A stretch of 63,191 nucleotides of DNA, the filler included, from Octopus bimaculoides (lineage: Eukaryota), in NCBI RefSeq assembly GCF_001194135.2. It is 6 parts of 6 records of this genome, joined end to end, with 100 filler letters (N's around TTAATTAATTAA, not from the genome) between each part and the next. Parts side by side here need not be neighbours in the genome. Positions count along the whole stretch, not along the records: positions 27,814 to 44,304 come from NC_068994.1; positions 44,405 to 49,837 come from NC_068982.1; positions 49,938 to 56,809 come from NC_068984.1; 3 more parts are not named here. One strand, given 5' to 3'. Both the position numbers and the translations under genes were made by a program. Each line of letters starts with the position of its first letter. Position 1 is the stretch's first letter. Positions 38,459-51,756 of this stretch are shown in pieces. The notes beneath the pieces are model-generated. The model saw only the letters and a program-made list of their open reading frames with translations, made no database searches and was not told the origin of the DNA.

Positions 38459-38582
38459 GTGACCAGACATTAACTTTATTACTTTAATAATTTACTACTC
38501 TATGTTTTAGAGTGTGCTTCTTTTTCAGATACATGATACATTGACAAGGATGAAACATAAAATAATAAAAGAATATATATAT

Positions 38583-38965
38583 AGGCACATGCTGTGTGGT
38601 AAGAAGCTTGTTTTCCAACCACGTGACCCAGTGTTCAGTCCCACTATATGGCACCTTGGGCAAGTATCTTCTACTATAGCCTCAGGCCAACCAAAGCTTG
38701 TGAGTGGATTTGGTAGATGGAAACTGAAAGAAGCCCGTCATGTGTGTGTGTGTGTCTATGTTTGTCCCCCCTCCATGACCGCTTGACAACTGGTGTTGGT
38801 GTGTTTATGTCTACGTAACCTAGTGGTTCGGCAAAAGACATAAAAGAATAAGTATTAGGGTTTAGAAAAATAAGTCCTAGGGTCAATGTTTTTGACTAAA
38901 ACCCTTCAAGGTGATGCTCCAGTGTGGCCACAGTCAAATGACTGAAACAGGTATAAGAATAAAGG
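38583..38965 (+). mobile_element. SINE family B, full length, CpG-decayed
   Basis: GCTGTGTGGTAAGAAGCTTG head, GGCACCTTGGGCAAGT, GTGAGTGGATTTGGTAGA, internal (GT)n, AATGACTGAAAC tail. Confidence 0.9.
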
Positions 38966-38986
38966 AATACATTTAAAAGATAAAAG

Positions 38987-39044
<58 letters not shown>

Positions 39045-39822
39045 GCATATGTGCGAACAGAGATGAAATAAATTGGAATAAACATAATAATCAATCATGC
39101 AATAATGTAATAAATATCAAAGGGACATAATAAATTATAAAGCTCTATAGTAATAACAATAAGAACAACAACCATAGCAACAACAAATCAATCAACCAAC
39201 AAGATTTAATGTATGTATTTTTGTTATGATTAAGACAAATAAAATTATAGTACATCATCATCATCATCACCACTTCTTACAGCCACCACCACTACCCTCT
39301 TGCTCAACACCATCATCACCAGCACCACCATCTCCACAACCATCATCATTTTTGCATTCCATGATATCAGTTCATCACGGAGTCTATCCTCATCTTTTTC
39401 TACAAACACATGATTTACTTCACTGTGACTCACAGATCTCTCCCTTCTTCCCTCTTTCTCAATGAATCTCTGATGTCTAAGCTAAACTCAATATACAAAA
39501 CTCCACTCTGAAATCCTCACTCTCTACCACTAGTAATTCTGACTTGATGAATTGCACACCGTTTTATGGTCACCTGTTGTCTCCACCACTCGTTGAACTC
39601 CTCCAGTTGCCAACAGTTACTTAAATATTTCTTGCCCTGCATTCTAAATATTTGTCTTTCTTCACCAATTTGATTATCACATTCCTAAGAGATTAGTGTT
39701 GATCCTTTACTGAACTACCTGCATCTACCTGTATAACTAACCAATTTACTGACCAGGGGCTATTCTGAACTGTTTACATCAGTGCAGAATACCCACACAT
39801 ACACATGCACTAGCGTGCACAC

Positions 39823-39871
<49 letters not shown>

Positions 39872-40516
39872 TTACAAAAAAATTAAAAAGCAAAACATTT
39901 GGCATCACTCAAAAAAAGCCATTTAATTTAGATGGAGAATATAAACATACAAAGTCTCTTACAGCTGCTTCTAGAGTAATGAAGCACGTGTATCATGACA
40001 CAGAGTAAGGATTGCATAAGCTGAGTATCCTCTGCTATTAGAGAGGGAAAACGTAAAGATGAAGAAATATCCCCAATCAAGGATATTAGTAAATTTTAGC
40101 TTGTCAAAAATGGAGGAAAAAATCAGAGTAAAATAAATATGTATTACACATTTCCATGATCAAATAGATAATAAAGTTATAGGTAAGGCTCATTGGCAGT
40201 TTTGAATTAGAATGTTTGATGATAATCCATGGCAAGGAATAACATAAGTTATCAGTTCCATTTTTGAAAGGAGAATGAATTTGGGTTGAGTAGAAATAAC
40301 ATACTACAGTGTGAAGGAAAGACAGAATGTATATTCACTATATACATACATATACTTCCTCTATTTGTAGATTTTCAACTTAGGTGTTGTACATTACAGT
40401 CCTGAGATAGTATCAAAATCAAAAGTTAACAAATCAAAGAAAGTATTTATCCACCATTGCAGTGTTGAGTACTCATCCTCATTGTTTACATCAAATGTGT
40501 GTATATATATATATAT

Positions 40517-40905
40517 CTTTTACTTGTTTCAGCCATTAGACTTTGGCCATGCTGGGGCACTGCCTTGAGGAATTTTAGTCAAACAAATCAACCCCAGGAC
40601 TTATTTTTTTTATAAGCCTGGTACTTATTCTATTGGTATTTTTTGCCAAACTGCTAAATAGGGAAATAAACACAACAACTCCAGTTGTCAAGCAGTGCTG
40701 GAGAACAAACACAGATATGAAAACATGCATACACAGATATATATATATATGACGGGCTTCTTTTTGTTTCTGTCAATCAAATCCATTCACAAGGCTTTGG
40801 TCAGCCTGCAGCTGTAGAAGAAGGCATTTGCACAAGGTTCCATGCAGTGGGACTAGACCTGCAACCATGTCGTCGGGAAGCAAACTTCTTACCACACAGC
40901 TACCT
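40517..40905 (-). mobile_element. SINE family B, full length
   Basis: Reverse complement aligns end to end with 38583-38965 and 56400-56765. Confidence 0.9.
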
Positions 40906-41120
40906 ATTTATATAAGGTTTTGCAAAAAATCCTTCATACAGTCACAATATTTTCAGAAAGATGTTCTTATAATAAAAATGATTAATTACATTAAAAATTC
41001 TTTAACCCCCCCCCCCCAGAAAACAGAGTTCCGTGTAAATGCTTTTGTTGTATTGCTTTTCAAACACACGTGTTATAGGGTAATCTGTATAGAGGAAGTT
41101 GATTTTTGTACTGGTGTTGA

Positions 41121-42760
41121 CAGTAGTGTAACTAGTGGGGTGGGACATATGCCCCGAGTGCTGATTGAAGGAGGCACAGAATTGACCATAATACAACAAG
41201 CTTGAACTCCATTTGTGAAATTGCAATTGTAAAGATAGATCTCCAACTTATCGTTTTATGCTGTTATTGAAGGTAAACACGATATGATGGCTGTCTACAT
41301 TCATGTCTAGACATTTTCACAAAGGATGTCAAAAAAGGCTTGAGGCTCAATTGAGTGAAACCTGCATATTTTCGCCTTGCTTTCTACACATGCTGCACAA
41401 CTAAAAGAATAAAATTAAGTGTTGTGGTAAACATTCTATGTTAAATTTACTTAACTGTTGTTTATTCATTTAACTGTTAATCATTCTTTGTGGCTCTAAA
41501 AATAGTTCATTCTTATCTTATCAGTGTTAATCGATTTTCCCTTTCCGCATAGCTTGCAACTTCTGGTGTACATACTGTAAATGGTTTGTTATGTTATCAA
41601 TAAAGACTTCGACTTCCTACCCCAAGCGGACATGTGACTGCTAATAAGATCATTCAGAAGTGGTTGTGCCATTTCTATCCTTAGATATTTGGGGTACTTC
41701 AACAAAACAACACTACAAGCAGTAGAACAGTTCAGCTGGGTTCTACAATATGATTTCTTCTATAAGCTTTAAAACAGACTAATCCATTTGACTACTTCTT
41801 ATTATGACTACAGTATGGTTTACTATTTTCTCTGTACAATGTTTGCGACTTTTACTTGTTTGTCACAAGAACATGAAGCGTGCCTTCCCTAAAAAAGAAA
41901 GTGGAGCTGAAGGAAGGAAAAGGCAGAAGCAGGAGACTGAAAAAGCTTTGAAACCAAACAAGACTCTCATTCATTATTTTGGCAAAAACAACCTTGCATT
42001 GTGAGGACACAGGGAGTCACTTCAGTTAAAAGATGAGTCAAATCTTGGTAATTTCATCAGGTTGTTGAAACTTTTGGCCACATTCGAACCCATCACAAGA
42101 GAATTTCTCAAACATGTAGAAAGCCATCCTGGATCTACATTTTATCTTTCACCATCCGTTCAAAATGAATTTATCCATATCTTAACTACCAGCATAAAAA
42201 ACAGTCTGCTTCAATGCATTCGAAAAGCATGTTACTATACTTTGATGATCGACATGACTCCTGATCAAGCCCACAGAGACCAAATGTCATGAGTCATGCA
42301 ATACGTTGACATTGATTTTAAAAAAAAAGACAGTTTGTGTTCGGGAGTCATTCCTAGGCTTCTTCCAAATTAGCCAAAAGGACGCCGTCTGTTTGTTAAG
42401 GTAATTTTGAATGAGTTATATAATGATGACTTAGCATTGACTGAATGCAAGTCGCAGTGCTACGACAATGCTGCAGTTATGGCCAGCAATATTAAGCGGT
42501 GTTCAACACAGAATCAAGGAATTGAGCAGTCATGTTTTGTTCATGAATTGTGACAATCATTCACTGAATCTTGTTGGTTTGAATGCTGCAAAAGTGATAT
42601 AGTTGTCATTTTGTTTTTTAATGTTATTGATCCACTCTTTGCCTTCTTTTCTAGATCAACATGGTGTTGGGAAAAACTGAAACAGGCTATTCCTCTTATT
42701 CTCAAGTCTCCATTGGACACAAGGTGGAGTGCAAGAACAGATGCTGTAAAGACTGTTGCG
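41121..42760 (+). mobile_element. hAT transposon (ZMYM1-like/TTF-type transposase), internally deleted and 3' truncated
   Basis: Left end CAGTAGTGTAACTAG resembles a CpG-decayed CAGTGGCGTA-type TIR. Translation gives MKRAFPKKESGAEGRKR, LAL*GHRE..GNFIRLL..YLSPSVQNEFI..YTLMIDMTPD..QCYDNAAVM..CDNHSLNL..DTRWSAR. Confidence 0.9.
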
Positions 42761-43929
42761 GAGAATTCCGTAATAAATATGAAGATAATCTTAGAACTAC
42801 AATCACTAGAACCTAAATTATGGAATTTTTCCATATATAGGTTTATTTTTCTATTGGATTGACTAGTAATCAAAAACAGTACATCATCTCTATAGAGTGC
42901 ACCTTTAATGTCTGGAAATTCTTAATGGAAATGATATGGTATGTATATACATACTAAGTCTGTAACTCAATCCTTGTTTTTGTTTATATTACTTAAGATT
43001 TATTTACTGAGTTCTCCCTTCCACAATATACGAATAATAATCCTTATTCAACTGACTTCAAATTTGGTTACTTCTAAAAAACTAGTAATATCTTGATATC
43101 CATTATTATAGCTTAATTCTATATCTACGGGGTTATTTAGGTTCTAGTGTTTGTAGCTCTAAGTTTATCTTCATATTTATTACGGAATTCTCCTTACGAT
43201 AAATTAACTAAACAAAGAACATTTTTGTTAGGTATCTCTTCATATTTATTATGGAATTCTCCCTCTGATAAACTAATAAATAAAGAACACTTTTTATTAG
43301 TTACTTTAAACAATTTTTTTTTATATCAATAACTTTAAATAAATAGAAGAGTTCTTATATATTACCAATGTAATTATCATTTATATTTTTTTACACATTT
43401 TATTACAGTTTCTAGATTAAGTAAGACCCTGATACTTAATTTAAATACCTATATATTATTGTATGTTATTGTAATAGCAAAAGATTGTCTTTGACCTAAA
43501 CGAGTTTGGATTAATATTATTTGAGATATATAGAAATATATTTTGATAGTTGTAGATTCTACTTACTTAATTATTTTATTTGTTATAATTTTGTTGTTTT
43601 TTAATTGTAATTGCTATGTAGTTGAAAGTTAACACTCATGCTCATAATTAATACGAATTTGAATTAATTTTTTTACAATCCAGCTGTCCTTTCAAACAAA
43701 ATTTCATCTGTCTTTAAATTTTAGCTCTGATGAGACTTATATAAGTGAATTGAATTGTTTATATATCAAAAAATGTACACAAGTCGAAACAAATTGTTGA
43801 CTTTTTTGGTTTTTTAATGCTATCTTATCTTATCTTATATTATATTCATAGTATATTATGTTATAATATAAATAAATTATTGGATTGTCAATTGTATCTC
43901 TCTATTTAATTTATTGTTTGTATGATAGA

Positions 43930-44303
43930 TTGCTGACCACTACATTTATATTTTTTCTCCTTGTTTCTCTCCTTATTTCTTTCTGTGTTCCTTTCAGTTG
44001 AAGAGTGTAGCTCGAAACGTCAAAGACTTTCTCTATTCCCGAGCGTTAAACTAATACATCCATTTGTTGTTTACACCACCTATCTTCGTCTGTTGTTTTT
44101 TTCGTAAATTCTCCCATATATCCCCTCCTTCAAACGAGCCCACAACCTACGGGACCTCTTGGTCCACAGCTTCTTCCCCAACCCAACCTCCCAACCTGGC
44201 TCGTTCCCCTGCTCCCACCCACGCTGCCGCACTTGCCCTTACCTCTCCAACACCACCCTCCTCACCAGCACCCATCACCGACCCTATTGCATCACCGACT
44301 CCT
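43930..44303 (+). mobile_element. Penelope-like element: terminal repeat followed by a 5'-truncated GIY-YIG-proximal segment (same family as 36340-38310)
   Basis: HSFFPNPTSQPGSFPCSHPRCRTCPYLSNTT..ITDS; the repeat-then-body arrangement is typical of PLE pseudo-LTRs. Confidence 0.85.
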
Positions 44304-44403
44304 TNNNNNNNNNNNNNNNNNNNNNNNNNNNNNNNNNNNNNNNNNNNNTTAATTAATTAANNNNNNNNNNNNNNNNNNNNNNNNNNNNNNNNNNNNNNNN
44401 NNN

Positions 44404-45323
44404 NGATAAGATACTCAACTTCACTAGAACGTTTCTCGTGTCATTCACTGACCACAGGATGAATTTGATCAGATATAATGCTTAAATAGTGTTGACTATT
44501 TATTTTGCCATGAAGGGAAACCATTGGGCCAGCGGATTTCCAAGATATATACCAGCCCCCACCAGATCATCACAGATCCTCCTCCATGTTTAACAGTTGG
44601 AAGAAAGCAGTCTGAATCAAGTGCTTCTTTTGGCTGTCTTCACACGTATACTTGACTGGTGATCGGAAATAAGGTAAAGGATGACTCGTCTGTGAAAATA
44701 ACATTCTTCCACTGCTCTAGGGACCAATTCTGTAGGTTTTTACTCCTCTCTAAACGCTTTGCAACGTTTCTTTTTGAAAGTAGTAGTTTTCTGATTGCAG
44801 CCCACCCTTGAAATCCGGCCTTGTGTAGCTCCCGGCGAACAATATTTGTGGAAACTCTGTTTTCGAGGTGGCCATTAAGCTCTGCAATAATTTTGGGAGC
44901 TGTACTGTAGTGATCCTTTCTAACAATTCGCATAAGAGTCCGACTGTCCCTGTCTGAAAGTTTTGGTTTTCTTCCGGAGTTTTGTTTCGATGAGGAGGTT
45001 TTTCCCTCTTTCTCAAAGGCTGTCATTACTTTCGAGACAGTACTTCTTGATACACCAAACATTTCGGCTGTTTTCGTTGCGCTAGCTCCTGCCATACAAA
45101 CACCAACAATTTGACCTCTTTAAAAGTCCGATAGATCTGTAATTTTAATGAATTTTAATTATCTTTTTCTGATGATATCTGAAAAGAAACAACAAGTTTA
45201 GCAAAACATATTAAGCAACACTAATAATAAATTAAAAAATATAAAAATAAACAAGCTTTTATAGATATTTCAAAATTATGATGCTATGATGCTAGATGTT
45301 TCCATTATTTTGTCCAATCCCTG
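44404..45323 (-). mobile_element. Tc1-type transposon, cut by an assembly join
   Basis: TIR CAGGGATTGGACAAAATAATGGAAAC next to TA. ORF 44640..45095 has paired-like HTH, GRKPKL, WKNVIFTDESSF, then TVKHGGGSVMIW after a stop. Confidence 0.95.
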
Positions 45324-45570
45324 TACATATAAATGTATATTATATGCATTTCCTAACATAGTTCACTGAGAACTTCTAATCAGAGCCAAAGAGTTTCAGG
45401 ATTCCAAGCAGTTATCAATAAATAATCTCGTTCACGCTGTTTGTAAAAAGTGATCACATCTTAGAGAATCTGCCATCAATGTCTATGCATGAAACTTGTT
45501 TGGATTTGAAAAGAAACTTCATGCACAGGGATAAAATTTAAAGCAAATAAGCTGTATATATGTATGTGTG

Positions 45571-45609
<39 letters not shown>

Positions 45610-47249
45610 TGTGTGTGTGTGCGTGTGTGCGTGTGTATGTGTGAGAGAGAGATAGTGCGTGTGTGTGTGTAGTGGTGAGAAGCTCTCGAGAGATTTAACA
45701 GCAAACAGCCGAAGGTCTTCAGAGAAGAAACGCCACTCAACCGAGTGTCTAAGCACTTCTTACTCTCTAAAGGTTCCGGCTGCATCCAGATCATAACTTC
45801 CGGGTACCTTCTGTGGATATATTTTAGCCACTTGGATATTGAAGACTTGTACAAGTAAACTAATTGGAGATACGATCTAGTTGGAACTTCTTTGTATTTG
45901 CCCAGCTTTGAAACTTATACTTAAATAAGAAATAACGTTGGTTGTCATGGTAACGGTGAAGCATCAGGGCTACAGCAATGACTCACTCAAAGTTACTTCC
46001 CTTAGTGTTAAAGTACAAAAGCATTGTCCTTACATTGTATGGAAGTTGTAGGTATATATACACACACACACATGCACACACGCGCACACAATCACATACA
46101 GTCACACACACACTCACACACATGTATATGTATACGTGTGTATATATTACGTGTATACACATATATATGAGTATGTATGCTGTTTGTGTACGTGTATGTG
46201 CTTGTACTTGTGTATGTGTGTGTGTGTATGCCTGTTTGCGTGCGGTTTCTGAGTATTGTGCACCACAAAAAGGATAAGCAGTAAGGGCAAGGTCAGAAAT
46301 GTACAAGCTCTACTAGCTTATTGATCAATTTTGCTTAATAGTGAAGCTTACACCTTGAATAGGCTCAAGCCTTTGTCAAACTGCTTAGGCCTACTACACT
46401 CAGAAAGTGAAAAGGATGCACGCGATCTCACTGTTACTCGATATTGTTCGAATCACTTTAATTGTATTATCTATGCTCCATACAAAACTTTCATATATGA
46501 TGGTGAGCGATTTGGCAATTTCATCTTGGATGGTATATTCCTAACAGACATGGAACATGACCTTTCTGTTGCGCAAATTCATTGCTGAATTTGTTTAGAG
46601 ATTCTCATGTGTGATTCTTCTAAGAGCGAGGATTTTCAGTAGTGTTGATATGCCATTGAGGAAGCCGATTTTGTTAAGTCGCTTGATTTTTATTAATAAC
46701 TGTCGAGTTAACTTTTGAGTTTGGTCGTGAAAGGTAATCGCTTAGTTGTTCTGATGTGAGTTTTAGCAGCTGTAATTGTTTCGGTTTAAGTCGGTGCGTT
46801 TCTCTAAGCAAAGAAAACTGAGTAGATATCGATCAATGAGGACGAAAACCATCAGCCAATGAGATCAAAAGCTTCGAATAACTGGGTCTTATATTACTGA
46901 CACTAAGGAAAACTTTTTGTCAAGCCTAAAATTCTCTTAACATGGACATTTTATGTATTTCGAAGTAAACGAAGCTGGACATCTTTGGAGGGCCAGCTTT
47001 GTTTACTTCTTTATAGAACCGAAAGCTGAAGTATGAAAGATGAATATCAAAATCATCTTGATGTTAACTACACCAGGCGCAACCAAAGTTGGGCCAAAGT
47101 GAATATTTATGGATATATTCCTGGCTTTTCTGCTGCTTTTGTTCAACGCAGATATTCTTTGCTGGCCACTGAAGGACATATATTATATTTCGGGGACCTC
47201 CGTTGCATAATAGAGAACTACAAGCATTCAGGGGCATTAATATTGGTTA

Positions 47250-47458
47250 GAAATTTTGGCACAAAGCCAGAAATTTTAGGGAGAAGGAATAAGTCGATTA
47301 CATCGATCCAGTGCTCAACTGCTATTAATTTATTGACTCCGGAAGAATGAAAGGCATTGTCAACCTCGGCAGAATTTGAACTCAGAACATAAAGACTGGT
47401 GAAATTCCGCTAAGCATTTTGCTAGGAGTAGTATCGAGTCTGCCATCTCGCTGCCTTA
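47250..47458 (-). mobile_element. SINE family C
   Basis: Reverse complement matches the family head, core and tail. Confidence 0.85.
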
Positions 47459-47703
47459 TTCAGTTGCATTACTATTATTAGCAAGAAACCCACGACAGCA
47501 CCTTGAGGACCGATTAAAGCTGACGAGAGCCAGATATTTTGGCATTAGGTGGAGACATACTTCCACGTTGAGACCGCTTGAATATGTGTGTGTGGCTACA
47601 CGTGTATAGGTATGTATATTTGTGCATATATACATATACGTATATATATATGGGTGTGTGTTTATTTACGTGTCTATGTGTATATATGTGTGTGTGTGTG
47701 ACA

Positions 47704-47768
<65 letters not shown>

Positions 47769-48622
47769 TGTGTGTATTATACAAAAGTATACTCAAACCA
47801 GATATGAAGTTTTTACATAGCTGCTTGACCTTTTATACCAAGCAGCCAATTCTCGTTACAAATCATATTCCGCATCCGTAAATGAAGACAGAAAATTCTG
47901 ATATTAAATATACACAAAGACGAGATGGTCAAATTTGAAGCGCCTTTCATATATATCATAATGATATTGGACTAAACAACAAGAATAGCATGAAACTTAT
48001 GGCTGAGCAATTCATTTGTCCACCAATAATCTTCCATCAAATTCCGTATGTCCGTACATTTTCCGAAGAACAATCGGCCTTCTCATTCTACGTCAATATT
48101 TTTCGTTTTATCCCGCGTATGTTTTTTGCAATTATATTATCTTTATTACATTCGTTAACCGCTATGTGTATATACTTTATACACTGTTATCTACACACAC
48201 CATTGTTTCTATAATGAAATAATCCTTTTATTTTTCTTGAAAACATGAGAGGTAGCCTATTCTTGTGTTTTTTCTTCTCCTTTTGTTTGTTTATTCTTGG
48301 TGTTTGTATAGTTTCGTTATTGTTATTTTTGCTCATCCTTTCTATTTTCGTCGTAGAGTCTTGTTTTTAGACATTGTTATCGTTCGTTGTTATTGTTGTT
48401 GTTCATATTATTTGCTGTAGCTATCTTTGCTGTAATCATCATGTTTATATGTTCTGCCTGTATTTTTCTGAAGAGTTTTCTTTTCTTCTCCTCGTTTCTT
48501 TTTAACTATACAGAGAAAACATTATAATGTCTTCATTTTTGTGTGTCATTAGTGCGTTTCTCGATCTATTTTTACTCCATTGTCTTTGGCTCCCCTCTTA
48601 CTATCTTGTTCCCTCTTGTCTC

Positions 48623-48661
<39 letters not shown>

Positions 48662-49279
48662 CACACGCATGCAGACACAGAGACATCTGATTATGTACCT
48701 GTGTGTGTAAGTGAGTGTGAAGCAGTTACCCATTTCACTGAGTTTTTGTTATCATTATGACTACTTTTAATATTATTCTTGTTTAAATCATTTTCTCTAT
48801 TTTTTTTTCCTCAAAAGTATTACTGGTTTCATGAAAACAAAAACACCAATTCGAATGACGACAGCAAAAATGAAGGAGCTTTGGAACATTAAGGTAATTG
48901 AGAGATTCTTAACAAACAGCAACATCACTCAGCCTCCTTCAACTCCCTTCCGCCCCAACCACAAACCAGCATCATCATCATCATCATCATTAGCACCAAC
49001 AACAGTACAAATCACAACAACAATATCAACCACTAAGAGCAATAATATTCCTCTAAGTAAGTGGACTAATTGAGAGTTTTCTAAAGCACTCGATCTTGGT
49101 CGGTCCATTTACTTCTGTTTCACTTGCATTCATTCTATCTATCTTTTCTTCTCTTCTCCTTCGTATTTCTTAATCATACTTTCCTTCTTTCCATAATTAT
49201 ATAATTGTTTCTTTTTTGTTTGTTTGTTTGTTTCTTTTTTCTTTCTTTCTTTCTTTCTTGCTTTCTTTCTTTCTTTCTG

Positions 49280-49311
<32 letters not shown>

Positions 49312-49800
49312 AGTTTATTTAATTATTCATAAGCTTACGTCTTTCTTGTTTAGATATATTTCTAAGTAACTTATATTTCTTTCTTCACCACTTTCTTCTT
49401 TTCTTTCGTTATCAATGTAGTCAATGTAGTCATTGTTCTGTTTGTACATCAATGGTGTATTTTTCTTTTCCTTTCTGTTTTGTTTTGGCTGGTTTCTTTA
49501 TTTGTACTGTTTTCTTACTCTCTTGCTCTGTCCCTATCATTCGTTCATCCATTGATTCTTTCTGTCTTCCTTCCTACCTTCCTTTCTTCTTTTTTGCCAT
49601 TCCGTATTCCATTTTTCCATCCATTCATTTATTCATTCATTAAATCAATTTCTCTTTCATTATTTCCATGAAATTTTCTTTCGTTCTCTCTCATTCATTG
49701 TTTTCTTGCACGTTCACGTTTCTTTTAATCATTATTTTTCAGATTTCTGTATTTTTCAATTGCAATCTAACTGTTACTGATGTACATACATCTTGGCACG

Positions 49801-49837
<37 letters not shown>

Positions 49838-49937
49838 NNNNNNNNNNNNNNNNNNNNNNNNNNNNNNNNNNNNNNNNNNNNTTAATTAATTAANNNNNNN
49901 NNNNNNNNNNNNNNNNNNNNNNNNNNNNNNNNNNNNN

Positions 49938-49974
<37 letters not shown>

Positions 49975-50335
49975 TGTCTTTATATACACATATTGTTATT
50001 GTACGTTGTTATTGAGGAAAACACTTCATTTCACGTTGATCTGCGATCATCTCGACATCTGACGTATTGCACACACTGCATTTGTACAGCAATATCGATT
50101 TGATTGAGAGAGTGAGCTAATGTACAACTCAATCATTTAATCACAATAAACCAATCACCCTCTTTCTTCTTAGTGCATATTTACATATTTAATTCTAATG
50201 AACCTTTTAATAATTTATGCTTGAACTAAGTTAAAACCTATTGTCTTTCGGGTGGACGTAACCTTCAGATCAAATGTACTGAGTTTGCATTTGAAGCTCA
50301 ACAGTGAATTAGTGTAGTATGATTTCGAATATTGT

Positions 50336-50635
50336 GAAGGCGCGTGTCTAAGCGGTTAGCGTATTCGACTCACGATTGTAAGGTGGTGAGTTCAATGCCT
50401 GGCGGCATATTGTCTTCTTAAGCAAGACACTTTATTTCACGTTGCTCCAGTCCACTCTGCTGACCAAAAAGTGAGTAGTACCTGTATTTCAAAGGGCTAG
50501 CCTTGTCACATTCTGTGTCACGTTGAATCTCCCTTAGAAATACGTTAATGGTATGCGTGATTGTGGAGTACTCAGCCACTTGCACGTTAATTTCATGAAT
50601 ATGCTGTTTCGTTGATCGGATCAACTGGAACCCTT
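50336..50635 (+). mobile_element. tRNA-derived SINE with a family A body and a family D tail
   Basis: AGCAAGACACTTTATTTCACGTTGCTCCAGTC (as at 3160-3200) is followed by CAAAGGGCTAGCCTTGTCACA..GATCAACTGGAACCC (as at 51403 and 55457). Confidence 0.8.
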
Positions 50636-51215
50636 TCTTCCTGCGCATGGTTGCGAAACAAACTTCTTAACCTACGTCTTCAATAATGCAACAAAATTTC
50701 TCAACTTACTTCTCCATTTAAATACACCGCTAAAACTATTTATGCCTTTGCTTTGATACCCCGTAGTCTGTCTCCCAACTTAAGACCCTTTCATTATATG
50801 GTAGTTTAACGTTGTGAACTTCACTGCAATTTAAGATCTTATGTAACAAACTTTTAATTAATGCCTGTTTACATAATGAGTAATTGGAATCAACTACCTT
50901 TAAAAGATATAGCTTTCTCATTCAAGAATAGTCTCGATATAATAACTGAGAATCCATTCTATGCATTGGGAAATTTTGCTGCTAATTAAGTCAGTAATTA
51001 CAATCTGACATTAAAACAATAATTTAAACGAAACTGGTACTTCTTAATCGATATAAGGTATTCGTAAGTAAATTTCCTATCAATAAGTAATTGAAGGAGA
51101 ACATTTTCATAACATATTGTAGAGCAAAGGTTTAGGTGTGTGTGTCTTTCTCTGTGTGCATGTCGAAGGGCATACGTGTATGTGTGCGTGTGTGTGTGTG
51201 TGTGTGTGTGCGTGC

Positions 51216-51254
<39 letters not shown>

Positions 51255-51402
51255 CGTGCGTGTGNNNNNNNNNNNNNNNNNNNNNNNNNNNNNNNNNNNN
51301 NNNNNNNNNNNNNNNNNNNNNNNNNNNNNNNNNNNNNNNNNNNNNNNNNNNNNNNNNNNNNNNNNNNNNNNNNNNNNNNNNNNNNNNNNNNNNNNNNNNN
51401 NN

Positions 51403-51756
51403 CGTCGAGGGTTCCAGTTGACCCGATCAACGGAACAGCCTGCTCGTGAAATTAACGTGCAAGTGGCTGAGCACTCCACAGAACACGTGTACCCTTAACG
51501 TAGTTCTCGGGGATATTCAGCGTGACACACTGTGACAAGGCTGACCCTTTGAATTACAGGCACAACAGAAACAGGAAGAGTGAGAGAAAGTTGTGGTGAA
51601 AGAGTACAGCAGGGTTCGCCACTATCCCCTGCCGGAGCCTCGTGGAGCTTTAGGTGTATTCGCTCAATAAACACTCACAACGCCCGGTCTGGGAATCGAA
51701 ACCGCTTTCCTATGACCGCGAGTCAGCTGCCCTAACCACTGGGCCATTGCGCCTCC
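51403..51756 (-). mobile_element. tRNA-derived SINE family D
   Basis: Near-identical to 55457-55836; head GGCGCAATGGCCCAGTGGTTAGGG..GTTTCGATTCCC. Confidence 0.93.

Noticed and set aside
39430-39710. Possible LINE endonuclease remnant on the minus strand
   Set aside because: The motifs are too degraded to assign.
45680-46900. Unique-looking, GC-balanced stretches with short ORFs (45519-45854, 46331-46588)
   Set aside because: No SCYL2 or transposon motif recognised and no convincing splice-site pair.
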